64,000 nt of DNA. Origin: Octopus vulgaris (taxonomy: Eukaryota). The stretch is taken from assembly GCA_951406725.2 (NCBI GenBank), contig OX597818.1:116312001-116376000 (forward strand), written 5' to 3'. Positions 12,883-24,845 of this stretch are shown here, one piece after another. The notes under the pieces were generated by a model, which was not told the origin of the DNA, did no database searches, and saw nothing but the letters and a program-made list of their open reading frames with translations. Both the position numbers and the translations under genes were made by a program. Within the stretch, counting starts at the first letter, position 1, and every line of letters begins with the position of its first letter.

Positions 12883-13797
12883 GGATAATTTATAAGAAAA
12901 TTCCTTGGTAAAAATAATCTAACTACAAAAATTAATGAGGTACTCTGTGATTTTTCTATGTGCCTTCTTATCAATTATATGTATGCCGGATGGAAATCAA
13001 TTCAATTTTGCATTATTTGAGGAAGCTTTTTCTTGAAAGAAATTTATTCCATTAGATGCAGAATACATTCATTTTTAGATACAAGCATCAATTACTGGAA
13101 GATTCTGTCAATAACAATAGCCTTTAGGCCATTTACGACATCAGTGTCTGAAAAGACGCTGGTATTATATGAACCGTAGCAGCCAGATTTGACCGGACAC
13201 TCTTCGCTGACGATTTCCTGTAGAAAGAAGTCATGTGATATAGGACTTCTGGCGCCCATGGCAAATGATTCTCGTCTGCTACGACCTATGTGTGTGTTTT
13301 TATGGACCGCACACCTATAAAAGAGGATGAATTAAGGCTATTAACGCAGTTTTTTGTTGTCTAGAAAAGACATCCATGTTAAGCTGAGTATAAAGATTAC
13401 ATTTTGATATTAACACTGCAACCGTCGCTAATGAGTATATATATATATATATAGTTGATCGCCTCGTGTTTATATATTTAATCTAAGGTGTCTCTGTTGA
13501 AAACGATTTCACCTCGCGAGCAAAAGTTATTTACTTGCTAAACTAAAATCAGAAACCAATTGGTCCAGGAAATTAGATGGCAAAATATTTTTATTTTTCC
13601 ATTTCATTCCTGTCGAAATTTATCCCTAATTTTGCGGTTATAGAACCTAGCTGTTCTTTCTAGCGTGTTGAATCCCATGAGTTGATTCCATATGTATACT
13701 GATTTTTATGACTAATACATAGTCTTTGGACTAAATTTTTACATGTTACACCACTGAAAATGAAAATTTCTATTAATTTCCATCCCCTTTTGATATG

Positions 13798-13854
<57 letters not shown>

Positions 13855-13858
<4 letters not shown>

Positions 13859-14015
13859 AGGAGTGGCTGTGTGGTAAGTAGCTTGCTAACCAACCACATG
13901 GTTCCGGGTTCAGTCCCACTGCGTGGCACCTTGGGCGAGTGTCTTCTGCTATGGCCCCGGGCCGACAAATGCCTTGTGAGTGGATTTGGTAGACGGAAAC
14001 TGAAAGAAGCCTGTC

Positions 14016-14086
<71 letters not shown>

Positions 14087-14290
14087 TGTGCCTGTGTTTG
14101 TCCCCCTAGCATTGCTTGACAACCGATGCTTGTGTGTTTACGTCCCCGTCAATTAGCGGTTCGGCAAAAGAGACCGATAGAATAAGTACTGGGCTTACAA
14201 AGAATAAGTCCCGGGGTCGATTTGCTCGACTAAAGGCGGTGCTCCAGCATGGCCGCAGTCAAATGACTGAAATAAGTAAAAGAGTAAAGA

Positions 14291-14292
<2 letters not shown>
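13855..14292 (+). mobile_element. SINE family C, full length with internal (TA)n(TG)n
   Basis: tRNA-like head GGAGTGGCTGTGTGGTAAG...GGTTCAGTCCC; 3' tail GGTGCTCCAGCATGGCCGCAGTCAAATGACTGAAA; many copies in the window. Confidence 0.9.
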
Positions 14293-14320
<28 letters not shown>

Positions 14321-14328
<8 letters not shown>

Positions 14329-14440
14329 ATCACGTGATCGACCAGACCATTAGATGTTGCAACACATCGCTGGTCACAATGCGTTCGCATTGTTTTAGCC
14401 TTCGAATGACGCCACCCCACTGGCTAAGCGAGCAGGCCAA
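14321..14440 (-). mobile_element. Isolated SINE/LINE tail T3 within (TA)n
   Basis: Homologous to 44339-44445, where it is joined to SINE head B. Confidence 0.65.
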
Positions 14441-14479
14441 TATATATATATATATGATTGTGTGTGTTTATGTATAACC

Positions 14480-14790
14480 AGAGGCTGAAGTCCTACTGGG
14501 GCATCGATTTTAATGCGATTGGGTTTCTTTCCTGTGTCATTTCTGATGAAGTAGTGAGTCGGACGGAGTTGTTGTTCTTTGTGCAGCCTTCTGCAAAGTG
14601 GGCTCATCTGATATTTCAAATAAAAATTTGTCCAAACGTTCTATAAAGATCTCGCAAATCTCATCCATACATACCTCTGTACATAGTATTGTTTTGGTTC
14701 AAAAGTGCAGAGGATTATATGAATTGGAGAGAGATCTTTATATTTGTATTGTTCAGCTTCTCATTTGCCCTTTAGAACTCACCATAGCAA
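14480..14790 (-). mobile_element. Decayed CR1-like LINE 3' fragment
   Basis: Minus strand reads IFIERLDKFLFEISDEPT, matching FKTKLDLFLLGVPDEPT (51570) and FKRSLDRFLQGIPDKP (24640). Confidence 0.6.
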
Positions 14791-14836
14791 GCTACATTCA
14801 TACATACATACATACATACATACATACATACATACA

Positions 14837-14872
<36 letters not shown>

Positions 14873-15480
14873 GGCATGGGCATAGTCTACGATTAATTAC
14901 ATATTATTTTAAAACGAATTAAGTTTCTGTTTTACTTTCTGCTAAATTTTTCAATTTTTAGATAATTTCTGTAAATATAACGCAAGGAGGTTTATATACA
15001 ACAGACAGCTAATCATCCTACTGCGCTTGAATATGCGCCATTTAAAAAAATATAGAATAATTGAATAACTAATCAATTAATCCATAAATTAATTATATGG
15101 TATATTGGAAAGTTGCTATCCACACACACACCTCCCACCATTTCTATATAAATTATATTGGTGTTATAAAACAAATAACTGTGACATACTGAACTTTCTT
15201 TTCAGTAATTTCTCAATTTTCTCTTCGCAAAATTTTGTTTAATCTATTAATTGCAAAGAAAATAAAAATAAACAAACAAGTATTGAAACAAAGACGCACA
15301 TGAAGAATACCATGTAGAAATACATGCTTTCTCTCTCTCTCTCTTCTCTCTTCCTTCCACTTCTCCACCTCTCCCTGTATATATATATATATACGCATAT
15401 TATATTTGAAATTAGTTATACACATAGATATATATTTATTGACATATGCATACGGTTTCATTTATCTATCTATCTATCTC

Positions 15481-15546
<66 letters not shown>

Positions 15547-15914
15547 GTGGAGGCGCAATGGCCCAGTGGTTAGGGCAGCGGACTCGCGGTCATAGGATCG
15601 CGGTTTCGATTCCCAGACCGGGCGTTGTGAATGTTTATTGAGCGAAAACACCTAATGCTCCACGAGGCTCCAACTGGTGGTGGGGGCGAACCCTGCTGTA
15701 CTCTTTCACCACAACTTTTTCTCACTCTTTCTTCCTGTTTATGTTCTACCTGTATTTCAAAGAAGCCAGCCTTGTCACACTCTGTGTCATGCTGAATCTC
15801 CCCGAGAACTACGTTAAGGGTACACATGTTTGTGGAGTGCTCAGCCACTTACACGCTATTTTCACGAGCAGGCTGTTGCGTTGATCGGATCAACTGGAAC
15901 CCTCGTCATCGTAA
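15547..15914 (+). mobile_element. tRNA-derived SINE, head A + tail T1
   Basis: GGAGGCGCAATGGCCCAGTGGTTAGGGCAGCGGACTCGCGG...GGTTTCGATTCC head; homologous to 2931-3292; follows (TATC)n. Confidence 0.88.
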
Positions 15915-16264
15915 TAATCTATCTACCTATAGGAAAATAGTGAGAAAAGTTTGAAAATGCGTTAAAGTTCCCTTTTTTATACACACACACACATACACAC
16001 ATATACCTTCGAACGCGGAGTAGATGAAACAGGGACAACTGAAAAGGGGAATATTCCTAATGTTGTATGGTTCGTTTCTGTTTTTTTCGTTGTTTGAAAA
16101 AAAGTTCGTTTCTATGTTTTTGTTTTTATGTTTTCGTTTTTCATTTTGTTCAGCGTTATTTTATGTCCTGTACCAATATATGCATGTATATATAGATACA
16201 TATGTAGGTGTGTACATATATATATATATACATATATTTATTTATTATTTATATTATATTATAT

Positions 16265-16330
<66 letters not shown>

Positions 16331-16368
16331 GAAAGAAGGTTTGAAAATGCAATTTAAAAGATGTTTAT

Positions 16369-16413
16369 TTACTTAACCGGTTTCACTCTTTAGAAAAAGA
16401 TTGTCAAAAGTAA
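16369..16413 (-). ncRNA. Hammerhead-like motif, U3-A8 core variant
   Basis: Minus strand: UUACUU UUGACAA UCUUU-UUCU-AAAGA GU GAAA CCGG UU AAGUAA. Perfect 6-bp stem I; 2 extra nt before GAAA. Confidence 0.5.
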
Positions 16414-16580
16414 CATATGGAAGTTTGGTTGCGTTAATTATTGGTTGTTGCAAATTGCTACATTACATGTCTCTTTGGCAATGTTGTGTTGGGGAATTCA
16501 CTGGAACAGAAACTGCTGAGATAATTTTAGAATAAGTTAAGAGGAAAACAAATATTCACTTGTGTAATGAAGGTATTGTT

Positions 16581-17347
16581 TATTCTTTTCTACTCTGGGC
16601 GCAAAGTCCGAAATTTTGAGGGAGGAGGCCAGAGGATTAGATCGACCCAAACCGCAACTGGTACTTAATTTATCGACCCCGAAAGGATGAAAGGCAAAGT
16701 CGAACTCGGCGGAATTTGAACTCAGAACGTATCGGCAGACGAAATACCTATTTCTTTACTACCCACAAGGGGCTAAACACAGAGAGGACAAACAAGGACA
16801 GACAAACGGATTAAGTCGATTATATCGACCCCAGTGCGTAACTGGTACTTATTTAATCGACGCCGAAAGAATGAAAGGCAAAGTCGACCTCGGCAGAATT
16901 TGAACTCAGAACGTAACGGCAGACGAAATACCCATTTCTTTACTAACCACAAGGGGCTAAACACAGAGAGGACAAACAAGGACAGACAAACGGATTAAGT
17001 CGATTATATCGACCCCAGTGCGTAACTGGTACCTATTTAATCGACACCGAAAGAATGAAAGGCAAAGTCGACCTCGGCAGAATTTGAACTCAGAAAGCAG
17101 CGGCAGATAAATACCTATTTCTTTACTACCCACAAAGGGCTAAACACAGAGAGGACAAACAAGATAAGACAAACGGATTAAGTCGATTATATCGACCTCA
17201 GTGCGTAACTGGTACTCATTTAATCGACCCCGAAAGAATGAAAGGCAAAGTCGATCTCGGCAGAATTTGAACTCAGAAAACAGCGGCAGATAAATACCGC
17301 TAAGCATTTCTCCCGGCGTGCTAACGTTTCTGCCAGCCCGCTGCCTT
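16581..17347 (-). mobile_element. Tandem array of SINE family D (Meta-domain-like), about 184-bp period
   Basis: One head (GGCAGCGGGCTGGCAGAAACGTTAGCACGCCGG on minus) followed by four bodies. Junctions AAATACC(T/C)ATTTC at about 16742, 16926 and 17109. Confidence 0.9.
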
Positions 17348-17942
17348 TATTAAGAGTCAATATTGTTACAGTTCGCATAACGTGTGGAAGAAGATTATGA
17401 AACTCAGGCTTAGATCATACCACCAATATAATACACATTCTGAGAGAACAAAAGATAATTATGAGACCTTGTGCAGTTTCTTGTAATTCTGTGTTTGATG
17501 CAAGTAGAAATGCCTGACGGAAAGAAAACTGGAATAAAAGTAGATTAAAGAGTCTTGGAGAGAGAGGGCACGTCTTGGACGAGGTTGCGATTAATGGTTT
17601 AATCAACACACGAAACAAAGAATCGATTAGTTGGTTGTTTAAATATTGAACCGATTGACTAACATTGAAGAAGTGATATTGAACCAGTGCCTGTGTTTAT
17701 TATTACTGGTGTAATGATCTTTCCAAGACGCAAAATTTGTTTCAACACACGAATTCACATAAAAAATCTTGCAAACCAAATACAAAAATGAAGTAGAGGT
17801 AGAATTAATCAATATCTCAAGGCGTTGAATCGGACCCTTGCCGATTTAATATGTCATTAATGGCTTTGTTTCGTATTTCGTTCATTGTAGAAGACTAAGC
17901 CTCCATCGCAGATGAGCATGAACCTGCATCACTCCGCATTAT

Positions 17943-18407
17943 ACTTTTACTCTATTTTACTCTATTTTACTTGTTTCAGTAATTTGACTGTGGCCATGCT
18001 GGAGCACCGCCTTTAGTCGACTAAATCGACCCCAGTATTTATTCTTTGTAAGCCCAGTACTTATCCTATCAGTCTCTTTTTGCCGAACTGCTAAGTTACG
18101 GGGACATAAACATACCAGCATCGGTTGTCAAGCGATTTTGGAGGACAAACACAGACACATAAACATACACACACACACAAACACATACACACACATACAT
18201 ACATACATGCATATATATATATATATATATACACATACATATATTCGACGGGCTTCTTTCAGTTTCCGTCTACCAAATCCACTCACAAGGCTTTGGTCGG
18301 CCCGAGTCTATAGTAGAAGACACTTGCCTAAGGTCTCACGCAGTGGGACTGAACCCGGAACCATGTGGTTCGTAAGCTAGCTACTTACCACACAGCCACT
18401 CTTACGC
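17943..18407 (-). mobile_element. SINE family C, full length
   Basis: Reverse complement of 13855-14292 with an internal microsatellite. Confidence 0.9.
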
Positions 18408-19764
18408 ATATTCTTGACTATTCTTGGCAAAATATCCTTAGCCATGGAGTTACTAGGTTATTCAGTCTGAGAAACTTAGTCCCAAATTAAAGAATCAGGG
18501 TAGTGACAGCTAGTTTTTAAAAGGAGAGGAGTGAGTTAGAGACGATAGTCAGAACCGCCACCACTGTATTACTGGTATATATCTTAAATATTGAACACCA
18601 ACTACTGTACGTCAAAAATGGCGGAATTTTTGCAGTTATGTAACACATGGCAATTTGACGATAAATACATCGAAGGATTCTAACGTAAGAGAAACACAGC
18701 AGCGAAACTTTACCTTGCCGAATGGTATGACGTTATTTCTTATGTTAGAAGTATCGATCAGTGTATCTAACTAGCTTTGTGACTATTTATGTCGTTATTG
18801 ATTTTACATGCAATGTAATGCTTTCAGACAGAAAGGCAACATTGCAATATTTGAGACTGAAATTTGAGACTGAAAGACAACATTGCAATAATCTGAGCTG
18901 TTACCACAGCCCAGCCGGCCTGTCAGAAACATGTAGTTGATATGGCGCAGACAGAATACATTTTGACTATCCTGGTAATTAAAAATTTGAAGTACTTTTC
19001 TTATCATGCAATCCTAATAGAAAAACTTAAATGAATTTTCAAACATAAGAAGAGGCTTGACAAATATTTGCAATTTTTAGACATTTCGAATTATTTTAAT
19101 GCTACAGGTTAATTTTCGATTCAACTAGAATTATTATTTGTATTTGCTCATCTCGTTTCAGTTTTTCTTGATTAGCTTTAGCACGAGTATTTGTAAAACA
19201 AATTTGAACAGTGTTATAAGAAATATCGAAGTGATACACGGATCATTGCCAGGTTTTCAAAGCAAAGGCCGTTTTCGCTGTAGTTTATATCAACATCAAT
19301 AATATTTGTACAATGTTTTTATATAATGAGAATCAATACGCCAACAAACATCTAGAATGATTAATATTTTGTTTCCTTTTCAAGTTTCAAAATGTTTGAA
19401 CATATCAACAAAGAGGCTATTATTAGCGGAATTGTTTGTATTCAATGGAAATTCAATAAGTTCATTAGAAGCCTCCCAGTATTTGAAGGTCGAAAAAAGG
19501 ACACGGTAGGAGAGGGGCATTGAAGGCGTTATGTTGAGATAAGGTGCAATGTGGTATAACGCTGAATGAAGACGTCAATGACAACAGTTACGAAGAAAAC
19601 CTCTGGAAAATATCAGAAAAGGGTATCAACAGAATTTATAGCAAGAAAAGAATTCAGATATGAATAGGGAACAAAAATTAAAAGCAGAATCAACAACATA
19701 GTATTGAACATGTTTAAGTTAAAGTTAAAAAGATTTCATATTAAGAACTGCAAACATCATGCGC

Positions 19765-19771
19765 GTGTGTG

Positions 19772-19831
<60 letters not shown>

Positions 19832-19902
19832 AACACATATATATATATATATATATACATACATACACACATATATATATATATATACATACATATATAT
19901 AT

Positions 19903-19949
<47 letters not shown>

Positions 19950-19966
19950 CATTTATATATACATAG

Positions 19967-20024
<58 letters not shown>

Positions 20025-20122
20025 CATATACATTTATATACACATATGCACATATATATATATATATATATATATACAAATATATATACACATATATATA
20101 TACATATATATATACATATATA
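19765..20122. repeat. Compound (TA)n/(CA)n microsatellite
   Basis: Directly visible. Confidence 0.95.
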
Positions 20123-20536
20123 AAAATTGAATATTAATTTGATTAATATCAATTTAAAAGCAGTGGTCTAGCATATAGAAAAATTATATTACTTACATAT
20201 AAGAGGGATGACCACTACGTGGATATCCATTATGCTAGAAGTAGATCCGCTATGGTCTGACCGCTGAGAAAAGGAATGTTCTCAAGAAAATTTAGCAAAC
20301 GCCAGAACGTAAGCGAGCAAGACAAATGAAAAGCAACAAAATATAGATTAATCATAAATATATATATACATACATACATACATACATACATACATACATA
20401 CATACATACATACATACATAATACATACATACATGCATACATATATATATATATATATATATATACACTCACATATGCATGAAAATTGATAAAAGCAGGT
20501 AGCTGCAATGTAAAATCATAGAGAAAAATTTGAATA

Positions 20537-20854
20537 GTCACTAATTGTGACTGAGGGTGCTGAGAGTACATATGGTGCAAGAAATAATAGTTGAAACTCT
20601 TAATGCTGCGTGAAAAGCACATTTTATATACCGAGAGGAGGGGATCTAGCTGTTCCATCGAAGCATTGGAGTGATACTGCCTATGTGTCCAGAAGTAAGG
20701 GATGAAACCGGTCCAGTGCTTCTAGCGTTGCACATCGGGCGGTTATTGCCCCTCTCAGTATATATAAAACGTGTTTTTCACGCAGCTTTAAGAGTTTTAA
20801 CTCTCATGTCATGTAATATAGGTCCTATCAGCTCCCTCTGTTACAATTAGCGAC
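20537..20854. mobile_element. Diverged tail-to-tail inverted repeat with hammerhead remnant (Penelope-like)
   Basis: About 100-bp inverted arms (GCTGCGTGAAAAGCACATTTTATATA vs TATATAAAACGTGTTTTTCACGCAGC); central GAAA-CCGG-TC at 20704. Confidence 0.6.
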
Positions 20855-21278
20855 GGTTACATATATGAGATGCTTTACCCATGGTTTTGTTAAAAATGAC
20901 GGAAGATTTCTCAGTCTGTGGGAAATTTATTTAACCCATAGACGGGAGCCTGGCATGTACTCTCGTTCCGGATCAGAACGAACCTCTGAGTAAATGGATG
21001 ATTCCACGCTACCCCACCAGAACTTCAGAGCACCCAAACTAGAACCTCATTGGAGGGATGTTTTTCAAAATTATACCCATGACAACATATACATAAATAC
21101 ATACATGCGCAAGCACGTGTGTATATATGTATATATATATATAAACGATCGTATTAATTATCTTTTTTAATAATTTTGATATATATTTAAATAATATAAA
21201 TTAATTAATCTTATGTATTGGCTTAAGTTTTTCATTGTATGATTTGCCTGATAGTGGTTTTATCTCCAATTTAATATA

Positions 21279-21331
<53 letters not shown>

Positions 21332-22351
21332 CACATACACGCACAAACGCACATACATATGTATATATATATAAATAGGTAGGCACGTATGTGTCTGTGT
21401 ATCTGTGGTTATGGTGTAAGATGATGGCAACGTCGGTCGGTGGCTCGTATCGTTCAACAGTAAAGATATTCTTTAGATATCACGCTTCACGTACAATTTC
21501 TCTCACAGCATAGTAGCTATTTTCCATGGCTAGCTCAAGTGACATACACGCTTAATATGTTAATGTTTGTTAAATGCAGCGTGTATTCTAACATTCCCTT
21601 CTTGATATAAATTTTCCGCTAATCAGTAGCTATTTTTAAAATGTCACCATTTGTATTGACGAGCTAATTCAAGCTTAGTGGTGTCAATAAGCGTTTAAAC
21701 ACGTTGACGGAAGCTAACTAAGGAAAATATACACACGTTTGCTTGTTATTTCGCTTTTCTGCAAGGAAAAAAAAAGCTGAAAACAACCTCCATTTCAAAT
21801 GTAAGATCACTTCACTAAATGCCATATTTCGGTATTGATACGAACCAATTTTTTAAACGCATTTACACGATTCAATGTCAAATATTATTTTCCTGTTCTT
21901 TAAATATTAATTGAGATATCTTTTAGTATTTCGGATATTTCTGATGATGAATCAAACTTGCAGGTTGAAAACAAGAATAAGAATACTATTAATACGAATT
22001 CATGCCGATGATGAATGAGACATCCGCACAATTGACACCCAATTAGAGCTTTGTAAGCATTCCCCTCATAATTATTTAACTAATTGATTGGATAGAATGT
22101 GTCAGAATTTTAAGTGTAGCAATGTTCATTAAACTCATAGAGAAATACATTTTAATGGAAAAGAAAATAAGCGAAAATGTAAGTTGTCAGTTTTAAATCG
22201 GATAATGTAATTATGCTGAGCTGAATTTAGTGAAAAAGTCATAAATTTTGGATTGAGGTAATAGTGAGTAAGTGTAAGAATGAATACACCTGCTTTATGG
22301 TTCTATAAAGGAAAATCCAATTTCATGTGATAAAGGAGGTAATAGATAAAG

Positions 22352-22649
22352 GGAGGCGCGTGGCTTAGTAGTAGGGAAAGTTATCTTACGATCATAAGGT
22401 TGTGTATTTGATTCCAGGCAGCATGTTGTGTCCTTGCGCAAAGAAATTCGCTTCACGCTGTTCCAATTTCATTTAGCTGGAAAAAAAATGTCTAGTCATA
22501 TTCTGCATCATCTTGAATCTTCTTAAGAACTAGGTGAAGGGTATGCGTGTCCGAGGAGTACTCAGCCACTTGCATGTTAATTTCACGAGCAGGCTGTTCC
22601 GCCGATCGGATCGACTGGCACCACTCGTCGTCGTAACGGACAGAATGCC
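22352..22649 (+). mobile_element. SINE head B + tail T1 (diverged)
   Basis: GGAGGCGCGTGGCTTAGTAG head; GCCACTTGCATGTTAATTTCACGAGCAGGCTGTTCC tail. Confidence 0.8.
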
Positions 22650-22706
22650 GGTTACAGCTAAAAGAAGCTAGTGCTTGGGAATATAGGCTACACACACACA
22701 CACACG

Positions 22707-22763
<57 letters not shown>

Positions 22764-22796
22764 TCATGTGCATACACATATCCATATTAATATCTT

Positions 22797-22987
22797 TTAT
22801 CTTTTATTTATTTCAGTCATTGCATTGCGGCCATGCTGGGGCAGTGCCGTAAAGAATTTTAGTCGAATGAGTCGACTCCATTACTTTGATTTTTCTTATT
22901 CTATCTCACTCTTTTGCCGAACCGTTAAGTCGTTAAGTCACCGGTTGTCAAGCAACGATGAGAAGAAACGCATACATAAAGACACAA

Positions 22988-22990
<3 letters not shown>
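22797..22990 (-). mobile_element. SINE family C 3' half
   Basis: TTTCAGTCATTGCATTGCGGCCATGCTGGGGCA...GGTTGTCAAGC. Confidence 0.7.
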
Positions 22991-23075
<85 letters not shown>

Positions 23076-23506
23076 ACACACACACATATATATATATATG
23101 TGTGTGAGTGTGTGTGTGTAATATAATTAGTTTTAATTCTCTGAATGAGATCAAAGTAGCAACAGTACTAAATATTAAAGTTTATTTGCCAACATAACGT
23201 GGCAGTCCCAATAGACCGATGATTTCTGGGTAATTTCCTTTCTTCGGTACTGGACTACAGACATCAACCGGGCGACCATTCTCACAGTGTATACTTATCG
23301 AAGCCACTGCCATTCGCTGATCTTGTAAGGTGAAAAACAACTAGCTTTAAATCTATGAGGAATACTTAATATAGTTTTTGAAGTGTAGAGGTGATTTAAA
23401 AAAAAATATTTTTAAAACAATGTTATGAAATTTGTTATGAGAATGTTACTAACTCTCTTTAGGGAAGAGATTTTTCTACTCTGTGAGCGCTTTCGTTAAA
23501 CCATTT

Positions 23507-23611
<105 letters not shown>

Positions 23612-23753
23612 GATAAGAAGTGAGATGTATTGATGTCCAGAAGTCCCAAGGTGGTAGGTAACGCTATGTAAGTGCTATGGAAGGAACGTAGTTAAACTCT
23701 CGGTTCGATAATGATACGAGTGAGGAGTCTAATGCGGGTCTTGCATGAGCATG

Positions 23754-23950
23754 TATATGTGAAAGAAAAGGACACAACAAAGCCAAGGATGTGTGGAATT
23801 TGCAGGACATTTATAAAGAGAAATATGTCTTATATCGTATCTGAATGAAGGATTTTCCTAATATCCCAGAAACAGCTGTAAGATTAACTTTCTCTTTATA
23901 ACTGTCCTGAAAATTACATACAGCCTTGGCTTTGCTGTCTTATTTCATTT

Positions 23951-23958
<8 letters not shown>
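23754..23958. mobile_element. Inverted-repeat cassette with degenerate hammerhead (Penelope-like)
   Basis: Arms CAAAGCCAAGG...CAGGACATTTATAAAGAGAAA and TTTCTCTTTATAACTGTCCTG...CCTTGGCTTTG. Centre CTGAATGA-AGGAT..ATCC-CA-GAAA-CAGCTG-TA-AGAT. Confidence 0.65.
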
Positions 23959-24022
<64 letters not shown>

Positions 24023-24125
24023 TAGTAATGGTAAGACAACGAAAGAATGAAAGAGACCTCGATATTATGTGAATAGAGGAGTTTATCTGTAATATAATAT
24101 GTGACAATTATTCAGTTGCTATAAT

Positions 24126-24183
24126 ATAAAACTCCGAGTTTTGGATGTCGGGCGGAAACCTACTCCGGTATCTCTCCAGTTAT
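24126..24183 (-). ncRNA. Degenerate hammerhead motif
   Basis: Minus strand: AUAA CUGGAGA GAU-ACCGG..CCGAC-AUC CAAAA CUC-G-GAG UU UUAU. Stems retained, core mutated. Confidence 0.45.
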
Positions 24184-24374
24184 CGAGGCAATCAAAATAT
24201 GCTATGAAATTGACCGTTAAACAAAGGGAAATTACTATGTAATTGACCGTTATTAAGGTAAAAGAGCTATTAGAATGACCGTTAAATAAGGGGAAAAACT
24301 GAAGGGGAGGAAGTAAAAGGCAAAGGAGTAAAAATGCTCAATGCAATCGCATATGCGCCCATTCACATACAGAT

Positions 24375-24845
24375 ATTGGGGCCGCCTTAAAGTCTTGAAA
24401 CTCTACTCTCTCCATCGTACATCATTTGTACGATGTGGAGAATATACCGCCTGCATTGCCCAAACGGCCTGAACATTAGTTTCAAGGTTCATCCAAGGTT
24501 GGAACCACGGGCTATACGTCCCCTGCCCAATTCAGGATCACCACATATAGGTGCACTGCGACACAATTTCTTTTTCTCATCAGGCTCTGCCATGTTTAAC
24601 ATTGTCCCGAAAGAGATCAAAGCGGGAGAGGATCCCATCACCTTTAAACGGAGTCTGGACAGATTTCTTCAAGGAATACCGGATAAGCCACCCATAATTG
24701 GATACAACTCACTCAACAAGAACACACTACTTGAATGGAGCATAAACAAAAGTTGACTTGAACAGGATTTAGATAATCCTATCAGGTGGTGCTATTAAGT
24801 TAGACATGACCTGGATCAATCTTTGGTCGAAACTATCTAAGTTTA
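24375..24845 (+). mobile_element. CR1-like LINE 3' fragment
   Basis: LKLYSL, GSAMFNIVPKEIK and FKRSLDRFLQGIPDKP motifs; 3' UTR ends GACC..GGTCGAAAC. Confidence 0.8.

Noticed and set aside
13202-13246. CTGACGA-TTTC..GAAA-GAAG-TCATGTGA-TA hammerhead-like string
   Set aside because: GAAG instead of GAAA and stem I does not pair; no repeat or TA context; probably chance
15547-15620. Functional tRNA genes at SINE heads
   Set aside because: A/B-box-like motifs only, no complete cloverleaf, and always fused to SINE bodies
16581-17347. CRISPR-like regularly spaced repeats
   Set aside because: Whole units repeat with no unique spacers, the unit is a SINE, the context is eukaryotic and there are no cas genes
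21941-21975. CTGATGA...GAAA on the plus strand
   Set aside because: No stem pairing
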